A stretch of 64,000 nt of DNA from Mantamonas sphyraenae STR306 (lineage: Eukaryota > Protista > CRuMs): contig JAPMXV010000003.1 of assembly GCA_026936335.1 (NCBI GenBank), forward strand, positions 310,001 to 374,000. The letters are read 5' to 3'. Within the stretch, counting starts at the first letter, position 1, and every line of letters begins with the position of its first letter. The notes below the pieces were generated by a model that saw only the letters and a program-made list of their open reading frames with translations, was not told where the DNA came from and searched no databases. The translations under genes were made by a program, and so were the position numbers. Below are positions 44,255 to 58,470 of this stretch, piece by piece.

Positions 44255-45626
44255 TCACAACGTCTCGCACGTCTCGCGCAAAAAGTTGCCAATCACCAGA
44301 GCGAGCATGATGGCGGCCGAGCCCTCCACCATGGCTGCGCCCCAGTTCTTGTCGGTGACAATCTCCTTGTCCAGGGACTCGCCGGGCAGGATGAAGCGGT
44401 CGGTGATGAAGCGCATGGCCAGGAGCACGAGGCCGCCCAGGACGTACCACACCCAAAACGCCACAATCGACGACGAACGCAGCACGGGCGCAGTCACCAC
44501 AATGGCCAGTGCCACCAGGTTCAGACCAAACGACAGACCTGCGGCCGGGTTCTTGTTCTCCAGCTCCGTGTGCACGTTGAACTTGCTCTTGGACGTGATA
44601 AACTCAAACACCTTGGCGTACAGCAGGAAGCCAATCTGACCAAAGACAAAGAACAGCACCGTGCTTGCAAGGTCCTCCTCAAACACAGTCGGCTGACCCG
44701 ACACGCTGGCCATCGTCGTCAGGCCCGCGCCAATGATCGACCCGGCCTCCACAGCTGCCACCGCCACGTTCGAGTCGTTCACAAGCGACTTGACGTTGTC
44801 CTCGCTGCTGCGCACAATCAGCTTGTCGTTGATAATGCGAGCCTGTGGGGTTGCCCTCCTGTGTCAGCACGGCGTCCTTTTCCCTTTGCACCTCCCGCGC
44901 CTCCCTTTTCCCTTTCGTCCTCTGCCTTACAATCGTCAGCAGGATGATGCCCAGCGCCTGCGTCCACACAATCGTCAGAATGTTGGCCTCGGGCGTACCG
45001 TTGAGATCGCCCATGGAGCCGACCTGTGTGTGTGTGTGTGTGTGTCACCGTGTGCGTCGTTGCCGAATTGTGTGAGTTTGCCGTTTCCCCTCCTTTTGCT
45101 CCCTCGCTTCCTCCTCCGCGCCTCCTGCGCCCATAAACCTACCAGCACCATGCCCATGGCAAGCATCCAGCTGCCAAACGAGATCGCCACCGCCTTGTTG
45201 TCGTTGTCCACGAGTTGTGTCTGTGTATGGCGAAACAAGCGCCGTCGAATGTGTGGTCTCATGTGTCAGGGAACCGCCTTCTCCGTTCTCCTGCCCCTCC
45301 TCCTCCCTTTTCCCATTGCCACGCCCGTTGGCCCGCCTCCCTCTTTGTGCTCCCAAACCCGCCACTTCCACCCAACTTACCTGCAGCGAAAACGCCTTTG
45401 TGTCCCAGCAGCCCTCCTTGGCCAGCGAGATGTAAAAGGGCACCGAGTACAAAGCCCGCGCCACCAGGAACGACAGCACCATGATCACCAGGTACACCAG
45501 GTACTGCCACTGGAACAAACTCAGACCAAACTCGGTCTCCGTCATGCGGTCGCCCAAATCGGTTTGCAGAAGCACAGACAGCATCGTTTGAACAAACCCT
45601 TGGCTCGCCGTACGCTCGACCCCCAT
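44255..45626 (-). CDS. Multi-pass DUF350-like membrane protein, paralog 2 (4 exons)
   Basis: FQWQYL, DNKAVAISFG, SNVAVAAVEAG, KNPAAGLSFG, LDKEIVTDKNWGAAMVEG; collinear with 20098-21427. Confidence 0.8.
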
Positions 45627-45881
45627 CACCTCTCTCCATCCCGTGTCCTCCCACCACTTCCCGTCTCCCTACCCCTCCCCTCCCCCGCCACCATCCTCCC
45701 TCCCTCCCTCCCCATCCACCTTCCTCCCCCATCTCCTCCAAACAAACCATGTCCACCAGGGTACGCCCAACCAACCCCTTCCTTCTCCCACCACGCCCAA
45801 CCCACCCTACTCACCCCTTCCCTGCCTCTCGCCCTCCAGCCGAGCGTGCTACGGCAAAAGTTAACCCAGCGCACAGACTCC

Positions 45882-48800
45882 ATGGCGTCCCTGACCACAA
45901 CCATGACGCAGGGGCGCAAGATCGCCGCCCGCTCTGCGCAACGGTCTGCCGAGGTACGTCTCCCCTCACACCGCACCCACACCCATCACCCACCCACCCA
46001 CCCACCACTCACACTCCCCTCTCTCACCCTCTCTCCACCTTGCCACCCACCCTGCCCCACACGCCCCACACCCCACACAACCAGGCCGCACAGGTCGAGG
46101 GCGCTGAAGAACAATCCCGCAAGTACGTTTCCCACCCCCTTCCCACCCCCCTACCCTCCACCAACACCCTCCCCCCCCCCTCCCCCTCCTCCCCCCTCCT
46201 CCCCCTCTCCTCCCACAGCACACAAATCGAAAAGGAAATCACCCGCGAGCAGCTCGTGCTCCTCAAGCAGGCGTTTGACACCGCCGACGACACAGGCGTC
46301 GGCGCCCTGACGGAAGAAAAGTTCATCAAGGTGTTTGGCAATGTGATGAGCAACCTCACAGAGGAACAGATGAAGATGCTGTACATGAAAATCGACGCCA
46401 ACGGCGACGGCAGTGTGGACTGGGACGAGTTCTGCACCTTTATGCTCCTGGGCGACCAGAACGCCGAGGAGGAGGCCATGACCCAGGACATGATGGAACG
46501 TGTCCAATTCATGCCCCAGAGCCAGGGCAAACTCAACCAGCCCATGAACTATCACCGCGACATGATCGACGGCATTGTCTACCTCGACAAGGTCGACCGC
46601 TACATCACCGCCGGCCGTGACGGCTCCATCCGCGCCTGGAACGGCCACGACCTCCACTTTGACTGTGCCATCAAGAACGGCAGCGCGTGGATCACAGACT
46701 GCATCCACATCCCGCGCATCGAAAAGTTTGCCGTCAGTTCCATCAACCGCTCCGTCTCCTTCTACGAATACTCCACCGAGAAGGATGCCAACAACGAAAA
46801 CAGGGTCCAGCTCGACCTCGCCTACCGTGTCATGGAGCTGGAAAAGTCGCCGCTGTGCCTCGACTACGTCACCATCCCCGACGAGGACGACAAGCACTTT
46901 CTCATCTTTGGCGACGACGAAGGCGCCGTCCACCTCATCCAGGCCAAGGGCGAAAACGGCGAAATGCTCCAAGCCAAGGCCAGCGACAAGGGCGACCTCG
47001 GCTCCCGCTACTCCGGTGGCATCCGCAAGGCCAAGGGCAAGGGGTCCCAGGTCGGCAAGCACCTGGAAATGTTCACCTCCCGTTCCGCGGAAAACAAGAC
47101 CTTTGACCTGCACCGCGACTGGATCACAAAGGTGCAGGCCAGCGAGAGGCTCGACGACAACATGGCCATCCTGTCCTCCTCCCTCGATGCCTCGCTCAAG
47201 CTCACAGACATCGAAACGGGCAAGAGCAGCCGCTACAAGCTCAAGTACTCCCGCCACGGCATCTACTCCTTTGACATCCATCCCTTTAGCAAAAACTTTG
47301 TCAGCTGCGGCCTGGAGCGGTACATCCAGCTGTGGAGTGCAGGCTACCAGTTTCCCAGCAGCAATCTCGTCGGCCACACCACCTCGGTGCTGGACGTCAA
47401 GTACATCAGCGAACACCAACTGGTGTCGTTGGCCTCGGACAAGACCATCAAGGTGTGGGACCTGCGCAACAACAAGTGCATGCAGACCCTGCAGGACAAG
47501 ACCGTGTACACCCCCGAGGACATGATCAGCTCCATGTTCTACAACGAATCCGTGCCCTGTCTCATCACAGGCACCACCCGTCCCGCCGCCTGGCACGTCA
47601 AGAACAAGCTCAACGTGAGCGAGGAGAAGCGTTCGCACACACACCCGGTCTCCTCCGCCCTCTACTCGCTCAACCTCCACCAGGTCGTGTCCGGCGACGA
47701 GGGCTCCAACATCATTGTGTGGGACCCCAGCACGGGCCAGCGCCAGTTTCGCTTTGGCGAGTGCCACGGCACCTCCAAAATCACCGCCATGTGCTTCGAC
47801 TCGCGCGGCCGCCGTCTCGTCACAGGCGCCCACGACGGCTCCATCAAGGTGTGGAACTTCAACAACGGCCAGTGCCTGTTTGAGCTCAGCATGGAGGACA
47901 AGAAGGAGGTCACCGACCTGCAGTACGTCACCGTCGGCGCCAACGGCTACGTCGTCGCTGTCGGCTGGAACAAAAAGATCACCCTCTGGCTGGATGCGCC
48001 CAAGAAGCGCGACAAGGCCGCACGCTCCTACGCAGGCCACGACGACGACATCCTCGCCGTCACCTTTCAGGAGCCCAACCTCCTCGTCACGTCCAGCTAC
48101 GACGGCGAAATCATCCTGTGGAACTTTGACACGGGCTTCAAAAAGAACAGCCTGCGCGCTCCCGACTGGCGCGACCTCACCATGGACCAGCGACCCATTG
48201 TCGGCCTGCAGTTTCTCCACAAAAAGAGCAACTGCCTGGTCAGCTCCGGAGCCGACGGCTTCCTGCGCTTCTGGAACACCCAGACGGGCGACCTTGCCAT
48301 CGAGGTCAAAGCCCAGCACCAGAAACGCGCCAGCATCGTCGCCTTGGCCACCGATTCCACAAACAGCTTTTTGTTTTCCGGCGACACAAAGGGCATGCTC
48401 AAGGTGTGGGACGTGAGCAAGGTCGACGTCGAGAGCGACACCACCAGCAAGTCCATGGTCATTCCCGTCCACTCGTTCTTTGCCCACCGCGACTCGATCG
48501 TGCGCATCGAAGTGCTGGAACAGAGCGTGGACATGCCCTCTCTCATCCTCACCTCCTCCCTCGACGCCACCGTGCGCCTCTGGACCTTTGAGGGCAAGTA
48601 CGTGGGCATCTTTGGAGCCGACAAGTGGGATCTCAACGACTCGGCCGCCTACCAGGACATGGTGCCCGCAGACATTGCCGCCTACGAGCAGAAGCTCCAC
48701 GAGGACGAACAGGACGGCGAGGGTGGCCTCGGCGACTCGCACCACGACCTCGAGGTGGACGAGGAGGACGCACAGAAGGAGGCCGAGCGACGCGCAAAAC

Positions 48801-49726
48801 TCGCTCGCATGAACACTTTTCTCAACGACATGGACGCACGCCGCGGCTGGTCGGGCATCAATCTGGCCTCCAGCAGTGGGGGTGGGGGTGGTGGCTACTC
48901 GGATGGGTATGGCGGAGGCGACGGCGCAGGGGCGTCGTCGTCGTCTTCCTCCTCGTCCTCGTCCTCATCATCATCCACAAGCGGCAGCACGTCCTCCACC
49001 TCCTCCTCCGCATCGTCGTCGTTGCCAGCAGAAAAGACAAAGGGTGGAAAGGGAGCCAAGGGCGGCAAGGGAAAGGGAAAGGGCGGCAAGGGAAGGAAAC
49101 GGGCGACCACGACGACGTCGTCCTCGACAGGGTTGGGATCAAAGACAACCGGTGGCCCCGAAAGGAGACTGCGCAGGGAAGGAGTGGTGTACAGTGGACT
49201 GAACGAGTACACGTCGGCCAGCGGCGGAAAGTATTCGTACCAGTTTGGCGACTCGGCGCACTCGCTGCCCATCTTTGAGCCCAACCCGGTGGTGGTTCCA
49301 CCCGAGTATGACTTTGCCTCCGACACCCTCACCCTGGCCACCACAGAGCGGCCCAAGCGCAACCGCTTTGCCCCCAGCATGGACGATAGCCAAGGCAGCA
49401 GTGGCAGCAGCGGCACCGGCACCCTGTCCAGCAGCGCCTTTGGCGGCTTGTCACGCATGGGCACATCGAGCAGCAGCAGCGCAGGCGGCAGTGGCAGCAG
49501 CAGCAGCAGCAGCAGCAGCTATGCACAAAACGTGGTCAGCAACTACGACCGCAGCTTGTGGGAAGGCAGCAATGTGTCCGAGTTTGCCGAGTCGCTCAAG
49601 GCCCAGGCCAAGGGCGAAGGCCTGCCGCTGTGGGACTCGTCCGACGTCAACTCTATCGGATTTGGCTCGCGCAAGATCAAGCTTCGCATGCACCAGCAAG
49701 AGCGAGAGAGGAAAGGGCGAAGGTGA
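45882..49726 (+). CDS. WDR49: EF-hand plus WD40 ciliary protein, WDR49/CFAP337 family (exons 45882-45953, ~46085-46122, 46219-49726)
   Basis: YMKIDANGDGSVDWDEFCTFML followed by many WD40 repeats, including ITAMCFDSRGRRLVTGAHDGSIKVWNFNNG. Confidence 0.85.
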
Positions 49727-49751
49727 ATCAGGCAGATCATACACTTGTTCC

Positions 49752-52700
49752 TCACGGGTCAACCATGTCAATCTCCTCAATGCGGCTACTGCTGGAGGGA
49801 GGGTGCAGACGAAACACATGCTTGTGCTTCAAATTGAGCACCAGGCGGCCAGGAGGTCCTCCACAAAGCCGCGGCTTGTTGCTGCGGCGCACGCGCTTCT
49901 TGGAGCCGGGCAGCGTGAGCTGTGAGAGCTCGAGCGGGAAACCGGCAAAGGGGTCGCCTGCCATGGGACTCTTGAGGGCAGGCGGCAGGATGGTGCGTGC
50001 GCGCGACGGGGCTGTGGGCCGCGGCACCCAGGTGCGGTGCTTGGAACGGCACAGCTGCTTCCACTGCTCCATGGAGCGTGTGTGTGTGTCGGCCATGACA
50101 AAGAGGTCGTGTGCAAACAGGCTGTAAGGAGGGCGCGGCAGGCGCATGCGCTGTTGCAGGGCCTCCTTCTTGGGATCCCAATTCATGTAGCCACGGCAGC
50201 GACGTGCCGCACAGTAGCACACCAGCTTGTCGTGCTCCTCCATCTTGAACATGTAATCGTACGAAATCTCCTCGCCCTTCTTGATGGTGCGTGTGGCCAC
50301 AATCACAATCTTCTTTGTGTACGGCCCGTCGCTGATCACACGCGAGCGTGCGTTGGGCTCGCACGAGTGGTTGATGAATCGAGCCGGTCCTCCACGCAAT
50401 GTGGCGTCGATGACCACGTCGTCGTCCACGCGGAACATGTAGCAGGCAATGCCTCGGCTGTTGTAGTACTCCTCCCGCTTGTCGGTCATCCAGTACCGGA
50501 TCAGCTCGCCCACATACTCCACCACAATGCTGCCTGGCTGGATGTCCTCCTCGGCAAAACAGCCCCAGCCGTGGATGCGTGACTTGCCCGGCCTGCACTT
50601 CAGACGCCCGTTGCGCCTTCGCATCTCCTTGGAATACTCGCCGTACTTCTGCTGCTCCACATCCAGTCCCAGTGTCGCCCCGCCTGCGCGTGGCCGCGGC
50701 ATGGTCGTCGCCGCCTCCGCCCCTTCCTCCGCCACCTCCGCCACCTTTGGTTCGATTGCCCGTTCCTTTGTACGCGCACGCTCCTCCATCGTCACGCGCG
50801 CCGCCTTGCGTGTGCGTGCACACGATGCTGGGTACTTGCGTGTGGGCATGCGCATGACCACCCTGCGTTCCAGTGCACGGCCCATCGGCATGGCCAGATC
50901 CTGTTGTGCGCGTTCCAACATTTTGCCCACCACCTCGCCTTGCAGCCCCGCGTGGAACACTCGGTTCCCATTGCCTCCTCGTCGGCTGCTGCTCCCAGTG
51001 CCACTGGGTGATGTCTTTGACGTCGACGTCGACCCTGGCGTTTCCTCCTCCCTGCGCTTCCTCTTTTTCTTGCTGGAGCTACTCGACGGCGTCTCGGTCA
51101 CATATGCCTCGTCGCCCGCAATCATTGCCAGGAATTCGTCGTCGTCGTCGTCGTCGTCGTCGTCCAACTGCAGTGCCTTGCCGCCGCCTTGGAAATCGTC
51201 GTCGTCGTCGTCATCGTCGTCACCCCATCCTGCATCCATCGACACCTTCTTCTTGCGCTTCTTCTTGCTCGGCGACCTCCTCTTCTTTGCCGGGCTGCTG
51301 CTCTTTGCCGTGTCGCGTGCGCTGGGCTGCTCGCTGGCGCTGGCCGGCTTTGGCGTTGCTTTGCGCTTGTAGGGCCTGGACATGCCCGACTTGGAACTAA
51401 ACACAAGCGTGGCGCCGGTATACTTTGCAATGTGGCCGTCGACGACGTCCCATTTGTCCGTGATGATGGGCTGGCCTCGGCTCATGTCCTCGATGCTCTT
51501 GTAGTACGAGTCCAACGTGTCCATGGGCGCCCGTTCCCTCAACTGCTCGCAGTCCGGGTGTTCCTCCTGCAGCATGCGTGCGCTCCTCAGCAATGTGTTC
51601 ACCCACTGTCTGTGCTCTTCGCTTCCCTCGGGGATTCTGACCGTGGGTGTCCAGTCGCGGCTCATGTACGTGGACAGCAACAGCAGCGAGTCGTCGTCCA
51701 GCACCTCGCCAGGCACAAGCACGCGTTCCACTTTCCATCCGTGTTCGAGGCCATACGCAAGCACAGGGTGGTCGGGCACGGGCTTGGTCACCTTCTCGTG
51801 CGGGTTGTTGGCCATGTACAGCATGGTAACCAAGTCTGGCACATACATCCCAGACGCAAGCGGCCCCGACACAGAGTGTGATGATCTTCCCGATTTGCCA
51901 CCGTGCACCCGGTAATTGTGGTCCATCAGCTGCTTGAACAGCGACGACGTCGAACGCGCCGTCATCATCTTGTCCGGTTCAGCAATCTCGTACAATCCCC
52001 ACGATTCGCGGGCGTTCCCGTTGGGCTTGAGGAACTGCATCACCCAATTGCCACAATTTGAGTTGACTCGATTGATCACAATGCGCGTGCCCTGCTTGTA
52101 CGCGTACTTGGTCGCCGCCGGCACCTCACATCCTTCGTCACCCAGGCTCATCAGTGCATAGTGGTCGAATTGCATGGGCAACATCACTGCAAAGCCCCGC
52201 TTCTGTCTCAGGTCCACGTCGCGCACGTCCGTGATCGCTGGTTTGCGCAGCGAGTTTTTGGCGCGAGATTCGCGCCTTTCGCTGCGTGCACTCCGCTGGC
52301 TCTTCTTTGCCACCTTGGCCTCCTTTGCTTCCTCCGCCTTGTCCGTCTCCTCCTTGCTGGCCTTCCTCTGCGTTTGCTCAGGCGCCTGTGCCTCTTCCGT
52401 CTTTGCCTCGCCCTTGGCAACCGGTGTTCTCCTGGCGGCGGGTTTGACGTGTGGACTGCTTGCAGCAGACGTCAGCAATTTCTCCAGCGTGCTCTGCACC
52501 ATCGATCCCGACGCCTCCGCATCCGTGGCCGCCTTTGCACGTTTGCCCTTCTTGCTCGACTTTTTGGCCTTGGGTGTGCTCTGTGCCTCGGCAGCGTCCT
52601 TGGAAGGCGTGGCCTTGCCTGACACCTGATCACCACCTTTCGTTTCGCTCTTCTTCTGGCCATTCCCGTCTCCATCCTTCTTTGCCGGCGCCGCCCCAGC

Positions 52701-53258
52701 CTTTGGTGTCGATGGTTTGGCCTTTTGTGCGCGTTTGGGTTTCGCTGCGGCCTTTCCTTTGCCCTTGGGCGCAGCCGCAGCCTCTTTCGCCTGGTCTTCA
52801 TCTCCTTCCTGTTTCGTTTTCCGGCTTTGCTTGCCCCTCTTGGTCGCCGGTGCCTTTGTTGCTTGCTTGGCACTATCGTGTGACGCTTGATCTGCATCGA
52901 CGCCGCTGCCCTTGCCTTTCTCTTGCGCATTGTTGGTCTTGGGCTGTGGATTCTCGTCCGCACTTTTTGCCGTCGCGGCCGACTTGGACCCCTTGCGCGG
53001 CTTCTTGCCTTCGCTGGAGGCGCGCGGTTTGCCACGTCCATTCTTGGATGACGACGTTGCTTTCGAGGCAGGCGTCACACGCTGACGTTTGCGATCGCTG
53101 GCAAGACTGGCCGCTGCGGCCTTGGCCTCTTCGGTTTGCGGCTGCTGCTCCTGCTGCTCACCCTCCTGCGCATCCTTGCGTTTGCGTGTGCCTCTGGCCT
53201 TGGTGCGCTTTACCACCCCGTCCTTGGGGGGGGCGTCCACCTGGGGTGTCTTTGACAT
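49752..53258 (-). CDS. SET1/Trithorax-type H3K4 methyltransferase (FYR-like region, Win motif, SET, post-SET)
   Basis: KSRIHGWG, VEYVGELIR, YMFRVD, ARFINHSCEPN, GEEISYDY, CYCAARRCRGYMN; CARTR Win-like motif. Confidence 0.9.
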   Translation of the reverse strand: MSKTPQVDAPPKDGVVKRTKARGTRKRKDAQEGEQQEQQPQTEEAKAAAASLASDRKRQRVTPASKATSSSKNGRGKPRASSEGKKPRKGSKSAATAKSADENPQPKTNNAQEKGKGSGVDADQASHDSAKQATKAPATKRGKQSRKTKQEGDEDQAKEAAAAPKGKGKAAAKPKRAQKAKPSTPKAGAAPAKKDGDGNGQKKSETKGGDQVSGKATPSKDAAEAQSTPKAKKSSKKGKRAKAATDAEASGSMVQSTLEKLLTSAASSPHVKPAARRTPVAKGEAKTEEAQAPEQTQRKASKEETDKAEEAKEAKVAKKSQRSARSERRESRAKNSLRKPAITDVRDVDLRQKRGFAVMLPMQFDHYALMSLGDEGCEVPAATKYAYKQGTRIVINRVNSNCGNWVMQFLKPNGNARESWGLYEIAEPDKMMTARSTSSLFKQLMDHNYRVHGGKSGRSSHSVSGPLASGMYVPDLVTMLYMANNPHEKVTKPVPDHPVLAYGLEHGWKVERVLVPGEVLDDDSLLLLSTYMSRDWTPTVRIPEGSEEHRQWVNTLLRSARMLQEEHPDCEQLRERAPMDTLDSYYKSIEDMSRGQPIITDKWDVVDGHIAKYTGATLVFSSKSGMSRPYKRKATPKPASASEQPSARDTAKSSSPAKKRRSPSKKKRKKKVSMDAGWGDDDDDDDDDFQGGGKALQLDDDDDDDDDEFLAMIAGDEAYVTETPSSSSSKKKRKRREEETPGSTSTSKTSPSGTGSSSRRGGNGNRVFHAGLQGEVVGKMLERAQQDLAMPMGRALERRVVMRMPTRKYPASCARTRKAARVTMEERARTKERAIEPKVAEVAEEGAEAATTMPRPRAGGATLGLDVEQQKYGEYSKEMRRRNGRLKCRPGKSRIHGWGCFAEEDIQPGSIVVEYVGELIRYWMTDKREEYYNSRGIACYMFRVDDDVVIDATLRGGPARFINHSCEPNARSRVISDGPYTKKIVIVATRTIKKGEEISYDYMFKMEEHDKLVCYCAARRCRGYMNWDPKKEALQQRMRLPRPPYSLFAHDLFVMADTHTRSMEQWKQLCRSKHRTWVPRPTAPSRARTILPPALKSPMAGDPFAGFPLELSQLTLPGSKKRVRRSNKPRLCGGPPGRLVLNLKHKHVFRLHPPSSSSRIEEIDMVDP

Positions 53259-53342
53259 GGAAACGGGGGGCTCTTCCGGCCAAAGTTTGCGTGGTTGGGC
53301 GCGTGCATGGATGATGGGTGCTGTTCATTGTGCTGCATGCGC

Positions 53343-55769
53343 TCAATAGTACGAGGGTGGAGCCTCGTTGGACTGTCCCTGTGCCTCCTGGCTAGTGGAA
53401 GCCGCAGCGGGAGGATATTCCTGCATGGGCACGGGCTGTCCAACGCTGACGGGACGTGCGGCCCTGTTGTGTGTGGGTCCGCTGGCATAGTTCTTGCTGC
53501 TCTTTGTGGATGCATTGTCCGAAGCCGCCTTTTCAGCGGCAGCCTTCTTCGTGCGGTGGCGCTTGATAAGCACGCCGGCTGTGGCAATGGTGAGGGCGCC
53601 GCCGACGGCAATGAGAGCCCAGGCCCAGCCGGGAACGCAGCAGCACTGGGGATCGCCCAGAGTGGAGCCGTCGGCGTTGCAGGCCGCATCCGAGATCTTG
53701 GACGAGGTGGAGCCACTGGCGCACGGGTTGTCGTCAAAGTTGATGTTGGAACTGCAGCCGCTGACGCCGCAAGTGTCGGAGCCGCGCAGCACCTCGATCT
53801 GGCACTCGGTCAGGTTGAGGTTGGGGCAGACCTTGGATCGCTGCTGCAGGAAGGTAAGGGCCGTCTTTGAGTCAGTGAAGTTGACGAGCTCGGACATGAG
53901 CACGTCGGTGCCGGCCACACCGATCAGCAGAGGCGGGCTGCGCGAGTTGTCGTACGCAGGCAGCGCGGCTGTGACCATCTGGCCCAGACCCGAGGCGTCG
54001 GTGTACTCTTCCGTCCACACCGTCTGGTTGTTGGTGATGCCCGCCGCAAAGTACTGGTAGTATGCAGTCATTTTGCCCAGCAGATTGCCACCGTCCTCGA
54101 TCTTGGTGTGCACGCCCTTGTGAGCACACGCGATCAGTTTCGGGTCTGTGCTTGTTGCACCACTGCCCAAAGAGTAGGTGAAGATGCGTGCGTCGATCGC
54201 TGCCGTGTTGCGGTTGTTGATCAGCGTGCGCGCAGCCGGGCCGTTGGGCGAGTTTCCGTCGGTGAGAAAGAGGATGGCAGCTGTGTGCGTGTGTGCGTGT
54301 GAACGAGTCAACCACACCGAGTGAGTGAGTGGGTGCTTGAGAGCAAGTCAAGTGGGACGGGCACAACCCAAACGGGATCGTCGGCATCACTCACTCTTGC
54401 AGTTGGACGTGGCCTCCTTGGTACGCGAGGCATCAATCACATCAAAGGCCTTCTTGAAGGCCACCTCAAAGTTCGTGCCTCCACCAGCCTCCAGGGCGGT
54501 GATGTAGTCCGTCATTTCCTTGCGGGTGACGTTGTTGGCCTGCTTGAGCTCAGCACTGGCCGACGAGGCGGTGTCGGAGAACTGGACGGATCAGAATACA
54601 GGGTTAGTTTTCGCCGCGGGAGGGGATGCCACATCACAGCACACACACACACACACACAACGACCAACAACACGGGGAAACCACTGGCGTGGGAATGACT
54701 GTCATCAAAGGCGCAAACGTACCTTGACGACGGTGACAAAGTCGGCGCTGGTGAGCGTTCCGACGACAGAGTTTGCAGCCTCCTTGGCAATGGTGAGACG
54801 CTTGTTCTGGGCCATGGAGCCACTGACGTCGATGATGAGGATGACATCCTTGGGACCACTGCTTGCGGCGACGTACCAGGGCCGCGTGCGTGGGTCGTAC
54901 GCGCTGCAACCTCCCAGGTCGGTGCGCGGCCAGACGTTGCCCGGGTACTTTCGGTGCACACCGTGCTTTGTACCAAAGTACGTCCACTTGGTGTTGGCCA
55001 GCTCCTTGTACTTGCTGATAAACAGCGAGTCCAGCTCCTTGGTGTAGCAGGCGCTTTCCTTGACACCTGCGTCCTTGCGGTTGACGGTGCTGGGAATGTA
55101 AATGCCAGACGAACCCAGGAGCACAGGGCGGCCGCTGTGTGTATGTTGTGTACGTGGTACCACAGCATCGGCGAGTGCACAGACGGCGATACGTCGCAGT
55201 AGATGTGGCGCAGTGAGTAAAGGGTCAGCTGGCGCAGGAGGGGCTCGGGTGTGCACGCGGCGGGCGGCAAAGGGAGGGACACTCGGAGCCACCACAGCCT
55301 CAAACGGCGACGGAGCAAGCGACCGTGGACTGCAGGAGCAGGCAATGCACAGTGCACGCTGCACAGTGGATGGGGGATGGGAGGGCAAGGACAGTGGGGC
55401 AGAGGAAGGCCGGACAGCCGCACACGCGGGCTGGGAGCATCTTGCGTCCGAGCGGTCTCAGCGAAAAACGGCGCAAGGCGCGCTGGGACAGGTTGAGGCG
55501 GAGGCAAAAACGTACGTGCAGTCACAGTTCTGGCCCTGGCCGAGATCATCGACACAGGTGGTGTTGAGGCCACCCAGGCACAGATCAGCGCCGAGGCAGC
55601 TGCAGTCCTTGGTGCACCTGGAGGTGTGCAACGTCTGGGCGCGGTCTCGGATGGCCTTGACCAGGCCCTCGCGCTTGTTCACCAGCTCCTGCAAGGAGTT
55701 GGCCCACACCATGGCACACAAGACGCACAGGAGCACAGCTCGAAGTTGTCCCTTTCGTGCGTGCGACAT
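53343..55769 (-). CDS. Alpha2/delta- or CACHD1-like VWA+Cache type I membrane protein (exons 55769-55516, 55134-54723, 54581-54395, 54280-53343)
   Basis: Signal peptide; YDPRTRPWYVAA.SGPKDVILIIDVSGSM (MIDAS); GGTNF; AILFLTDG; WTEEYTDASGLG; GVAGTDV; C-terminal TM helix. Confidence 0.88.
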
Positions 55770-55782
55770 CGAGGGCAATGAA

Positions 55783-56543
55783 ATGAATAGTTTGGTGACA
55801 ACAGCGACGTCTCTGGCCTTCAGCATCCACTTGGGTGTCCTCGCTGTCCTCGTGCCCGTGTGGTACGTCGGCTTCGACTGGTCCTACTTTTCTCTCCATC
55901 CCCTCAGCCTCGTCACTGCCTGGGCTCTCGTCACAGAGGCCCTGGTGGCGATGCGCTTGCGAAGTACGCCTCCTGCGCAGCCGACCCACACGTGTTTGCC
56001 TCCCATCTGCTCACACATCTTCTGTACACAGAGTGGGCGCCCAATGTGGTCACCTACAAAAACCTGGAGTTTGTCCATTTGGTCGTTGCCGCAACGGCTG
56101 TGTTTGCCGCTGGCCTTGGCGGCGGCTTTGTCATCGAGCACATCAAGTTCACCGAAGGATACGCCCACTTCAAGTCCTGGCATGGCATCCTGGGCGCCCT
56201 GGCACTTGGCTTGTCTTTTGTCACCGCCTCGGGAGGCCTGCTCAACTGGCCCAAGCGCGATTCGCCCACAAAGTCTGAGCGCGTGGCTGCCGCCCAGGCC
56301 TTTCAAGCTCACCGCCTCGTCAATGTGGCGTCCTACCTGCTGTGGGTCGGTGCCGTCAGCACGGGTGTGCTGTGGACCGGTTGGGGCCGCCGCAACCTTT
56401 CGGGCTACCTCGGACAGGCTGTCTTTGCCGCCATTGCCGTCACGTCCACCCTGACCCTTGTCCTGAGGTTTTCAAGCCCCAACGGTGGCAACAAGGGCAG
56501 TGACGACAGCAAGAAGCAAGGGGAGGTCAAGAAGGACGAGTGA
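55783..56543 (+). CDS. Cytochrome b561 (CYB561D-like) membrane protein (exons 55783-55963, 56032-56543)
   Basis: Four haem-ligand His contexts: FSLHP, FVHL, HFKSWHGILG, AHRL; about 6 TM helices. Confidence 0.88.
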
Positions 56544-56659
56544 GCCCCAAGTGCGCAAATGGATGTCCATGGCGTTTCCACGCAGTTCTTGTTCGATGGG
56601 GAATGGTGGTTGGGGGTGGGGGAGGGAGACGATGGGGCTTGGAAGGTGATGGGGAGGAT

Positions 56660-58470
<1,811 letters not shown>

